From positions 1 to 64,000 of IMG/VR virus record IMGVR_UViG_3300042453_004661: DNA of 64,000 nt, one strand, 5' to 3'. Origin of the DNA: a virus. Positions 50,034-58,819 of the stretch are shown here, in pieces. Numbering within the stretch: position 1 is the stretch's first letter; the number at the start of each line of letters is the position of its first letter. The notes beneath the pieces were generated by a model that was not told the origin of the DNA, did no database searches, and was given only the letters and a program-made list of their open reading frames with translations. Both the position numbers and the translations under genes were made by a program.

Positions 50034-50233
50034 AAGAATTTAAAAAACTACTCGATTGTCTTAACCGTCAAGTTTCTGAGCTAGAGCTATCTTGTAAAGC
50101 CAAAGATGCTAAGATAGCGGAACTTGAAAAGAAGTTGACAGAAGTCAATAAAAAAGGTATAAAAGATAAGTGGGACAAGCCACAGGAAGACCAGGCGGAG
50201 ACTGCCCACGCAAAAGCTAGCAAAAGTCAATAG
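50030..50233 (+). CDS. Small coiled-coil protein
   Basis: ATGA overlap. Confidence 0.55.
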   Translation: MKEFKKLLDCLNRQVSELELSCKAKDAKIAELEKKLTEVNKKGIKDKWDKPQEDQAETAHAKASKSQ

Positions 50234-50242
50234 AAATAGTTT

Positions 50243-51562
50243 ATGAGCAAACTACCTCCATTTTTTTCTAAGACCCAAGACCTTCAAAAAGCCGAGGATG
50301 AGACTATCAATCCTACGCTTGGCCTTGAGACTCCAAAGAAAATCATCAAGCTTAAAGAAGGACACAATAAAGGCCGTCAGGCTAAGGTAGTAGCTGAAAA
50401 CTCCCAAGAATTTAAGATCGTCCCCAGGACCAATCAAAAACCATTTAAGGTAGCTGGGGGGCCAGCCGATACTGCTGGTCAAATTCTTGATGAAGCAAAT
50501 AGTCCAATTGTATGGGAAAAGAATCGTAAACATGATATTTTGGCCCCAGGTGGGATTCACAAGAAAGAACACGAAGAAAAAGTAAAGAATATCTACCAAC
50601 CTAAAAAGGCCGAGCCTAATTTTGTATTTACAAAAGACAATCACCACCAAGGCATCCCTCATGATGAAGATCAAAAGAATCTAATTCATGGCATTGATCT
50701 TCGTGAGATTAAAAAGCTTGGCGATGCGGGAGGCGACTCAGATGACCTTGGATGGACCGCCGAGTGGGCAGCTTGTGGTGTTGGCAAGAATAAAGCCGGG
50801 AAAAGCTGTCTCGTCAAGGGTAGGATGCCGGATGAATTTCTAGATAAAAATTCTGGCATTGGTCGAGAGATGGCGTCAGATTATAAGTTATTCAGTACGG
50901 CACAGAGAGAAGCCGTTTATTACAATATAGCAAAAGCATTAGGGCTTCATAAATACATTCCTGTTACATCTGTTGTCCACGATCAAACCAAGGCCCCTGT
51001 AAAAAACTTTAAGAGGGCCCCACAGGATCATGGCCAGGCTGGCAATCATTACTCTGTCATGGAAATGATTCCAAATGCCAAGCATTACTCGGGCCTCCCC
51101 TCACAACTCGGCACAATGAAGAGAGCCCATGACAGTGGGGACCTACACAAGCTTGGCCTTATGAATGCTTTTTTGTATAATACAGATAGACATGGCAAGA
51201 ACTTCATGTTTAGTGAAAATAACAATAATTTTCACCTGATTGACCATGGCCTTACTTTTGGATATCGTGGAAGGCCATTTGTTATGCCTGCCTATCTTAG
51301 GATCGCCCATCTCGAGCATCGGCTTCCTGATGAAATACATCCGGAAGCCAGAAACTGGATCAATAATCTCAATATTGATGACATAAAAAAAGAGCTAGAC
51401 TCCCACGACATACCTATTCAGCACAAAAGAGCTACATTGGCTGCAATTCGAAAAGCAAAAGAATCGATTGGTGGAGATCCAGAGAATAAAAGAGCGTTTA
51501 GCTCACATCTAAGAGAGATAAGTAATGCAGGATTAAGATCATTCCTTAGAGGAGATGATTAA
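50243..51562 (+). CDS. PI3K/PI4K-like (HipA-like) kinase
   Basis: REAVYYNIAKALG...IPVT, catalytic NTDRHGKN, and LIDHGLTF. Confidence 0.8.
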   Translation: MSKLPPFFSKTQDLQKAEDETINPTLGLETPKKIIKLKEGHNKGRQAKVVAENSQEFKIVPRTNQKPFKVAGGPADTAGQILDEANSPIVWEKNRKHDILAPGGIHKKEHEEKVKNIYQPKKAEPNFVFTKDNHHQGIPHDEDQKNLIHGIDLREIKKLGDAGGDSDDLGWTAEWAACGVGKNKAGKSCLVKGRMPDEFLDKNSGIGREMASDYKLFSTAQREAVYYNIAKALGLHKYIPVTSVVHDQTKAPVKNFKRAPQDHGQAGNHYSVMEMIPNAKHYSGLPSQLGTMKRAHDSGDLHKLGLMNAFLYNTDRHGKNFMFSENNNNFHLIDHGLTFGYRGRPFVMPAYLRIAHLEHRLPDEIHPEARNWINNLNIDDIKKELDSHDIPIQHKRATLAAIRKAKESIGGDPENKRAFSSHLREISNAGLRSFLRGDD

Positions 51563-53401
51563 ATGATCAAATTAGGGTATTACAAATTTGGACATATTGA
51601 TCATGAATCTGGAGCCATGGCCGATGAAGGTATCGTGCATGTTGATGGAGAACATGTATCTGTAGTAGACGACCATGCGGGATACTTGGCGACTATTATC
51701 CCAGACGGATCTGTTGGTATGGAAGAAGGTGAGCATATTATGCGAAGCATCAATATGAATCAGTATTCCAGGTTTGTCTACATAGGCGATAAAGAAGAAG
51801 ATATTGCCGAGCATTATAATCCAGTTAATGCCAGTCCCGAACTCGAGAAGGGCATCAAGGACATGATGGCAGGAGCCATGATGGGTATTGCAGGCGCAGG
51901 CGGGATGCTGTATGCGCCTAGCGCAACAAACCAATCTGCAGTATCTAGCCCATCAGTTCCTGTTAGCCGGGCCAGCTCTGACTCTGAAATTGTTGACAAC
52001 CTTGCAAGGATCGAGTCTAGCGGTGGAAAGAATGTAGTCCACGGCATGACCGGAGACTCTGTCCATACAGATATTCAAAGAGCAGTTGGGCATACCGGAA
52101 ACCTCCCGTCTTCTGTAATTGAAGAGTCTGCAAAGAATCCGTATTTAAAAAATACCGATATCGGTCAAGGCGTTAGAAGAATTGCTGGGCTTGAGGGCTT
52201 TGCAACAGGAAACACATACAACACCAGATCCTATATTGAAAAGACTCCGGCAAAAGAAAAGTCAAAACATTACGCCAAGATCAACAAAATTACTCAGAAT
52301 CCTGAAAATGACCGAAAGATTACTGAGGCTCGAATCAAAAACCACCGAGACATATTTTCCGAACTCACCAAAGACCCGCATGAGCTAGAACTTTTGATTG
52401 CTCATGCTCATCATAATTATTACCTAAATACCAAGAAAATCTTCAGAAAGCATGGCATTAAAGGGATTATCAATCATGCCGGGGCAGAAGGTAATTATGT
52501 GAAAAAGTATGCCGAGACACTTCCTGATGGACATCCTACTAAAAACCTTTTTAATAAGCATTACAAGAAGAAATTCTTCAAGAAAAGCATTGCCGAAGAT
52601 TATGAGCTAGAGGATCTTCAAAAGTCTACCAAGCAATATAAAGAAATGCTTGGCGATGTAACCCAACACAAAGAAGCTTTTGATGTTGCAAAGAAAATGC
52701 CCAATTCAAACTGGGGAACTTGGGTCATTAGAAACTACAAGCAAAATCCAGAAAAATTTCATAGCTTAAAAGAAGAAATTGTAAATCATGCCGGACTTCA
52801 TGAGAATCTCGAATATTCTGGCGTTAGATTTGATAAAGAGCATGACTTTGATCATGGCATAGGCATGCTTAGGGATGCAAATAAGAAATTTGAAGAAAGA
52901 TTCTCTAAAGATACGCACATCATAATCCCGCAAGGTGAAAAAAAGGTCATGGATGCTGGAGATGGAATGGCTTGGTTTTCGGCTGGGAAATCATGGTGTC
53001 CCAGGGAAGCCAAAGCTATGGGCCATTGTGGGAATCAGCCTTCCGCAAGGCCTTTTCATGACTTATTTTCATTAAGAACTGTCCACAAGGTAAATGGCAA
53101 GGAATACCATGAGCCTCATGTCACTTTTATTCTTGATAAAGAAAATAACACTTTTGGAGAAATGAAGGGCCGGACAAACAAAAAACCAACTAAGCAATAT
53201 CATAATGCAATTGCCCAATTGTTGGCTAGGGGATATGTTCCGTTTGGTGGAGTCCATGCCCCAGACCAAGATTTTCATATTGACGATTTGAGTCCGGAAT
53301 TGAAGAAATTTGTTGCCGAAAAAAATATACGAGCCTTTATCAACTCTTCTGATCCAGAGTTGTCAGCAAAAGCTCTAGAGGCATCTATGGGGCGTTCTTA
53401 A
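51563..53401 (+). CDS. Multi-domain protein with lysozyme/SLT-like and PcfJ-like domains
   Basis: LARIESSGG...YVKK; EAKAMGHCG...FSLR...PHVTF...EMKGRTNKKP. Confidence 0.6.
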   Translation: MIKLGYYKFGHIDHESGAMADEGIVHVDGEHVSVVDDHAGYLATIIPDGSVGMEEGEHIMRSINMNQYSRFVYIGDKEEDIAEHYNPVNASPELEKGIKDMMAGAMMGIAGAGGMLYAPSATNQSAVSSPSVPVSRASSDSEIVDNLARIESSGGKNVVHGMTGDSVHTDIQRAVGHTGNLPSSVIEESAKNPYLKNTDIGQGVRRIAGLEGFATGNTYNTRSYIEKTPAKEKSKHYAKINKITQNPENDRKITEARIKNHRDIFSELTKDPHELELLIAHAHHNYYLNTKKIFRKHGIKGIINHAGAEGNYVKKYAETLPDGHPTKNLFNKHYKKKFFKKSIAEDYELEDLQKSTKQYKEMLGDVTQHKEAFDVAKKMPNSNWGTWVIRNYKQNPEKFHSLKEEIVNHAGLHENLEYSGVRFDKEHDFDHGIGMLRDANKKFEERFSKDTHIIIPQGEKKVMDAGDGMAWFSAGKSWCPREAKAMGHCGNQPSARPFHDLFSLRTVHKVNGKEYHEPHVTFILDKENNTFGEMKGRTNKKPTKQYHNAIAQLLARGYVPFGGVHAPDQDFHIDDLSPELKKFVAEKNIRAFINSSDPELSAKALEASMGRS

Positions 53402-53425
53402 TATTAGATTGGTAATATAAGGTGT

Positions 53426-56400
53426 ATGGCTATCCCGCCCAAAAAAATCTATACCCAGATGCAAAAGTCTGATTCAGATGGCCAGGCTCCTATCTCTTTT
53501 AATTTTAAAAGCCTTAAGCCGGAGCAGAAAGCAAAATTCCTTCAAAATCCTAATCTTCATCCAGATATACTTCATAAGTTAAGTGAGGATGATAATTTAA
53601 AGTTGTCAATAGCAGAGAATCCTAATACTCGCTCAGACACACTTCATAGGCTAAGCGATAGTGAGTATGGGATTGTAAGGGGTGCAGTAGCAGAGCATCC
53701 AAATACCCACCCAGACACGCTTCATAAGTTAAGTGAAGATAGGGATGATGATGTGAGGAGGATGGTAGCAGAGAATCCCAATGCCCATCCGGATACAATT
53801 CATAAGCTGAGTGGGGATAAGAATTCGCGTGTAAGGGAGGCAGTAGCAAAGCATCCTAACACCCATCCAGATATACTTCATAAGTTAAGTGGGGATAATT
53901 CTTTTATTGTAAAAGGAGCAGTAGCGAGAAATCCTAATGCCCATCCAGACACGCTTCGTAAGTTGAGTGAAGATGAGGGGGATTGGTCTGTAAGGGAGGC
54001 GGTAGCAAAGCATCCTAATATTCATCCGGACACGCTTCATAGGCTAAGTGAGAGTGAGTATGAGACTGTAAGGGAGGCAGTAGCAAGGAATCCAAATGCC
54101 CACCCAGATATACTTCATAAGTTGTGGAAAGACAAGTGGCCAAGAGTAAGATCTGCAGTAGCAGAGCATCCTAATACCCGCTCAGATATACTTTTTGGAT
54201 TATGTTACGATAGGGATTTTGAAGTAAGGGCTGGGGCAGCAAGAAATCCAAATATTCGTCCAGCTCTACTTGATAAGTTAAGTAGGGATACTCATTGGCC
54301 TGTAAGACAGGCAGCAGCAGAGCATCCTAATAACCATCCGGATATGCTTGATAAGTTAAGTAGGGATGTGGAGTGGGATGTAAGAGAAGCAGCCCGTAAA
54401 AACCCTAACCATCCAAATAACCAGATGAAAAAGTCTGATTCAGATAGCCAGACCCCTATCTCTTTTAATTTTGCAAACCTTAAGCCGGAGCAGAAAGCAA
54501 AATTCCTTCAAAACCCCAATGTTCATCCTAATGCGCTTCATGCTTTAAGCGGGGATGAGAATCATGAAGTAAGATTTGCAGTAGCAAAGCATCCTAATGC
54601 CCATCCAGATACACTTCATGGACTAAGTGAAAGAGAAGATGAGAATGAAAGTATAAGGCAGGCAGTAGCAAAACATCCAAATACCCATCCAGACACGCTT
54701 CATAAATTGAGTAAGGATGACGATTTAAAGCGGTTTGTGGCAATTCACCCAAATACCCATCCAGACACGCTTAATAGGTTAAGTAAAGACAAGTGGTCAG
54801 GAGTAAGAAGGGAGGTAGCAAGGAATCCAAATGCCCATCCAGATCTACTTCATAAGCTGAGCGAGGACAGGGATGTGTATGTAAGGGAAGGGGCAGCAAG
54901 GAATCCAAATGCCCATCCAGATCTACTTCATAAGTTAAGCGGGGATGAGAATCATGAAGTAAGATTTGCAGTAGCAAAGCATCCTAATGCCCATCCAGAT
55001 ACACTCCATAAGTTGAGTGGGGATAGCTTCGACTACAGCATAAGGGAGGCGGTAGCAATTCATCCCAATACCCATCCAGACATACTTCATAATTTAAGCG
55101 AGGATGAACATCTTTATGTAAGAGATGCAGTAGCAAAGAATCCAAATACCCGTCCAGATACTCTTCATAAATTGAGCGGGGATGAGGATGTAGATATAAG
55201 ACAGATAGTGGCCAGGAGTGCTAATGCTGGTCCAGAAACACTTCATAAGCTGAGTGGGGATAGGTCTTTTATTGTAAAAATGGAAGTGGCAAGGAATCCT
55301 AATACTCACCCAGATACACTTCATAAGCTGAATGGGGATGAGTCTTTTACTATAAGAGAGGCGGCCCGTAAAAACCCTAACCATCCAAATAACCAGATGA
55401 AAAAGTCTGATTCAGATAGCCAGACCCCTATCTCTTTTAATTTTGCAAGCCTTAAGCCGGAGCAGAAAATAAAATTCCTTCGAAACCCCAATGTTCGGCT
55501 TGATCTACTTCAGCAGTTAAGTGAGGATGAGGATGGAGATGTAAGGCAGGCAGTAGCGAAACATCCTAATACCCATCTAGATATAATTCATAAGTTGAGT
55601 GGGGATGAGCATAGCGGTACAAGGGCTATAGTAGCAAGGAATCCCAATATCCGTCCAAATATACTTCATGCATTAAGTCACGATAGGGATTTTGAAGTAA
55701 TGGCTGGGGCAGCAAGGAATCCAAATGCACATCCAGAAATACTTCAGAGGTTGAGTGAACATGAACATCCGTATGTAAGAATAGCGGTAGCAGAGAATCC
55801 TAATACCCATCCAGATATACTTCATAAGCTTAGTCAGGATGCGTATCAGCCTGTAAGAATGGCGGTAGCAAACCATAAAAATACCCACCCAGATATACTT
55901 AATGTGCTGAGTGATGATAAGGACGAGCTTATAAGAGAGGGGGTAGCAAAGAATCGCAATACCCATCCAGATACAATTCATAAGCTGAGTGGCGATAAGG
56001 ATGAGGATGTAAGATATGCGGTAGCAAGGAATCCAAATGCCCACCCAGATATACTTCATAGGCTGAGTCAAGACGATAATAGGTATGTAAGACAGGCGGT
56101 AGCACGACATCCCAGCACCCATCCAGACACGCTTCATAAATTAAGTGGGGATGAATTTTCTAGCGTAAGACAGGGATTGGCAATGAATCCTAATACTCAT
56201 CCGGATATGCTCAATAAGTTGGGCGGGGACAGAGATGGAGATGTAAGAGAAGCAGTAGCAAAACATCCAAATACCCATCCAGACACGCTTCGTAGGTTAG
56301 GTGGAGATTTAGATGTAGATGTAAGATATGCAGCCCTTCAACATCCTAACCATCCAAATAACCAGATGAAAAAGTCCGGTTCTACTCAGTTTGAAGACCC

Positions 56401-58762
56401 ATGGGACCAGGCTAAATACGATAGGGAAGAAGAGCAGTCTCTTGATAAAGCAGAATTCCTCACCGATGAAGATATTGCTTCAGATGACAAGGCTGATGGC
56501 ATTTATTTAATACCCCATAGCCATGAAAAAGATAGGATTGCTTCTTCAAGCAAATTTCATGGCACAGAGCTTAAGAGCGCATCAACACTATACAGGCATT
56601 ACAAGCATACTCCCCACCATCCTGTATCTCTTGGTCTCAAGTATTTGATTCATAGAATAGAAAATGCAAAAGACTATGACGAGGGGAATGCAGAAGAGCT
56701 AGATAATGATTTCTTGCAATTACATCAAGCGGGTAAGGCTTCAGAGAAAAACGGGTGGGTTAAATCTAGAGATTTGCAAGAATTTTATGAGAATCATGGC
56801 AAAAGACTAATTCCCCAGCTTATTGGTCACAAAAATAAGCTAGCAGAAGTCATCATGAAGCATCATCCGGAGTCAGTTGTCTATATTGATGGAAAACCGC
56901 ATGTAGCATTGACCAGGGGTCTAAATACTAAGATGCCAACCCAAGACCATGCATTGGCTAGCTATGCAGATAAAGACAATACTGGATTTGGCAGTCATAT
57001 GCATCATAGGTTTGTACCTCTTGATAATCTTTGGTATTCATATGCGTACGGCCCATACCCAGCTACAAGCCCAAGTTTTGGAAACGAACACGAATATCTT
57101 GTTTCTCCCCATAAGATCGTACCAGCAAAAAAAGAAGATATTAAAGAGATAGCCGGGAATAGAACTCTGTCACATGGATATATGCCTAATCTGGAAAGTG
57201 ACATAATAAATAACAAATTGTCTTTGGAAGATTTGCGTAAGGTTCATCCAGCATTGCTAGGAAGGGTCGTAATGAATTCTCTGGGCAATCGAGACCAGGA
57301 AACTCATGAGAAAGTTATTGATCATGTTTTGGACAAATTAGATCAACAAATTAAGTCTCCCAACATGAATAGCGACCTGGTCGGTTCCTTGCTCAATTCT
57401 TTGAAAAATGGCACTCTCAATACCTCAAAAGACATGACACATAGGGTTATACAAAAGATATCTGAAATTAACCATCGAGATCATGGGCATGTCTTGGCAA
57501 ATGATGCAACTTCCAAAATGAATGAAATAATAAGTAGGGAAGCGGGCGGCCTTCACGAAAAGACCTACAGAACTGCATTCGATCATGCGAAGTCGGCTTT
57601 TACATTAGAGGCTCAGAATTTAATGTTTGGCCTTGCTCAAAATCCATTCAGTCCTCAAGATGTGCTTCATGAATTATCCAATAGCGAAGTGCCTGGCATG
57701 AAAGAAAAAGTGGCAAGCAATTCAAATACTCATTCCGACACGCTCCATATCCTGTCTAATTTAGAAGACAATAGAGTTAAGCTTGCTGTTGCAGATAATC
57801 GATCTACTCACCCCAATACACTTCATGATATGGTAAAAAAGACAAAAACTCCAAAATCAATACACGGAACTTTGCCTCTTCCGGAAGATCATGATAATCT
57901 TAAGTTGCATAAAGTAATTGCTACCAATCCAAATACAATGGATGAAACTCATCATTTATTGATGGATAAATACCCATACTCAAGCCTTCCCGCACAAGCG
58001 ACTGATATCGGCATGCGTATTGCTTCTAATCCAAATATTTCAGATTCAATGATGAATAAGTTAAGCGTGAGTAGTTCGCCTGGAGTAAGGCGGAATATTG
58101 CCAGTAACTTAAAAACTAATGCAGATCTACTCCATAAACTAAGTGAAGATAATGATGATCATGTTAAATTCGCAGTAGCAAGCAATGAGAATACCCGCTC
58201 AGACACACTTCATAAACTAAGTGAAGATAGATATAATTTTGTAAGAACTGCAGTAGCAGAGCATCCCAATACCCATCCAGATACTCTTCATGCGATGAGT
58301 GAAGATCCAGTTGATGGAGTAAGGCGATCAGTAGCGGGAAGGTTAAATACTCGTCAAGATACGCTTCATAAAATGAGTGAGGATAAGTGGGCAGGAGTAA
58401 GGCAAGAGGTAGCAAGGAATCGCAATGCCCATCCAGACACACTTCATAAATTGAGCAATGATGAATATCTTGGCGTAAGAGAAGTGTTAGCAAGAAATCC
58501 AAGTATCCGCCAGGACACGCTTCATGTTTTAAGTAAGGATAAGGAAGATATGATAAGGCGGTCGGTAGCAAATCATCCTAATACCCATCCAGATACACTT
58601 CATGAGCTTAGTCAGGATTATAATGAGTTTGTAAGGGGGTCGGTGGCAAAAAATCCAAATACTCACCCAGACCTACTGGATAAGCTAAGTAAAGATGAAA
58701 GTCATGATGTAAGATGGGCAGTAGTAAATAATCCTAACTATAAGCCTAAGAATATGGGATAA
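53426..58762 (+). CDS. LRV/HEAT-like repeat polyprotein with an internal ADP-ribosyltransferase domain
   Basis: About 46 repeats of ~26 aa ([NH]PNTHPDxLHKLSxDxxxxVRxAVAx). ART motifs LTRG, LASYA and NEHEYLV. Confidence 0.8.
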   Translation: MAIPPKKIYTQMQKSDSDGQAPISFNFKSLKPEQKAKFLQNPNLHPDILHKLSEDDNLKLSIAENPNTRSDTLHRLSDSEYGIVRGAVAEHPNTHPDTLHKLSEDRDDDVRRMVAENPNAHPDTIHKLSGDKNSRVREAVAKHPNTHPDILHKLSGDNSFIVKGAVARNPNAHPDTLRKLSEDEGDWSVREAVAKHPNIHPDTLHRLSESEYETVREAVARNPNAHPDILHKLWKDKWPRVRSAVAEHPNTRSDILFGLCYDRDFEVRAGAARNPNIRPALLDKLSRDTHWPVRQAAAEHPNNHPDMLDKLSRDVEWDVREAARKNPNHPNNQMKKSDSDSQTPISFNFANLKPEQKAKFLQNPNVHPNALHALSGDENHEVRFAVAKHPNAHPDTLHGLSEREDENESIRQAVAKHPNTHPDTLHKLSKDDDLKRFVAIHPNTHPDTLNRLSKDKWSGVRREVARNPNAHPDLLHKLSEDRDVYVREGAARNPNAHPDLLHKLSGDENHEVRFAVAKHPNAHPDTLHKLSGDSFDYSIREAVAIHPNTHPDILHNLSEDEHLYVRDAVAKNPNTRPDTLHKLSGDEDVDIRQIVARSANAGPETLHKLSGDRSFIVKMEVARNPNTHPDTLHKLNGDESFTIREAARKNPNHPNNQMKKSDSDSQTPISFNFASLKPEQKIKFLRNPNVRLDLLQQLSEDEDGDVRQAVAKHPNTHLDIIHKLSGDEHSGTRAIVARNPNIRPNILHALSHDRDFEVMAGAARNPNAHPEILQRLSEHEHPYVRIAVAENPNTHPDILHKLSQDAYQPVRMAVANHKNTHPDILNVLSDDKDELIREGVAKNRNTHPDTIHKLSGDKDEDVRYAVARNPNAHPDILHRLSQDDNRYVRQAVARHPSTHPDTLHKLSGDEFSSVRQGLAMNPNTHPDMLNKLGGDRDGDVREAVAKHPNTHPDTLRRLGGDLDVDVRYAALQHPNHPNNQMKKSGSTQFEDPWDQAKYDREEEQSLDKAEFLTDEDIASDDKADGIYLIPHSHEKDRIASSSKFHGTELKSASTLYRHYKHTPHHPVSLGLKYLIHRIENAKDYDEGNAEELDNDFLQLHQAGKASEKNGWVKSRDLQEFYENHGKRLIPQLIGHKNKLAEVIMKHHPESVVYIDGKPHVALTRGLNTKMPTQDHALASYADKDNTGFGSHMHHRFVPLDNLWYSYAYGPYPATSPSFGNEHEYLVSPHKIVPAKKEDIKEIAGNRTLSHGYMPNLESDIINNKLSLEDLRKVHPALLGRVVMNSLGNRDQETHEKVIDHVLDKLDQQIKSPNMNSDLVGSLLNSLKNGTLNTSKDMTHRVIQKISEINHRDHGHVLANDATSKMNEIISREAGGLHEKTYRTAFDHAKSAFTLEAQNLMFGLAQNPFSPQDVLHELSNSEVPGMKEKVASNSNTHSDTLHILSNLEDNRVKLAVADNRSTHPNTLHDMVKKTKTPKSIHGTLPLPEDHDNLKLHKVIATNPNTMDETHHLLMDKYPYSSLPAQATDIGMRIASNPNISDSMMNKLSVSSSPGVRRNIASNLKTNADLLHKLSEDNDDHVKFAVASNENTRSDTLHKLSEDRYNFVRTAVAEHPNTHPDTLHAMSEDPVDGVRRSVAGRLNTRQDTLHKMSEDKWAGVRQEVARNRNAHPDTLHKLSNDEYLGVREVLARNPSIRQDTLHVLSKDKEDMIRRSVANHPNTHPDTLHELSQDYNEFVRGSVAKNPNTHPDLLDKLSKDESHDVRWAVVNNPNYKPKNMG
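53459..56377 (+). repeat. Three ~970-bp macro-units, each with 11 ~78-bp repeats
   Basis: QMxKS boundaries at 53459, 54425, 55397 and 56366. Linkers 54392-54524 and 55364-55496 are nearly identical. Confidence 0.9.
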
Positions 58763-58819
58763 TTGCATTTACCCCCGTAAGGGTATAATGTTCTTGTCGG
58801 CACAAAATCAATAACCCAT

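Noticed and set aside
54425-56368. Internal translation starts at the QMKKS methionines
   Set aside because: There is no SD upstream, and related K-S/A/G boundaries elsewhere lack Met. Not formally excluded.
53459-58762. CRISPR array or DGR template/variable repeats
   Set aside because: The repeats are in-frame coding units with no constant repeat/unique spacer pattern. Variation did not look adenine-restricted, and no reverse transcriptase is in the window.
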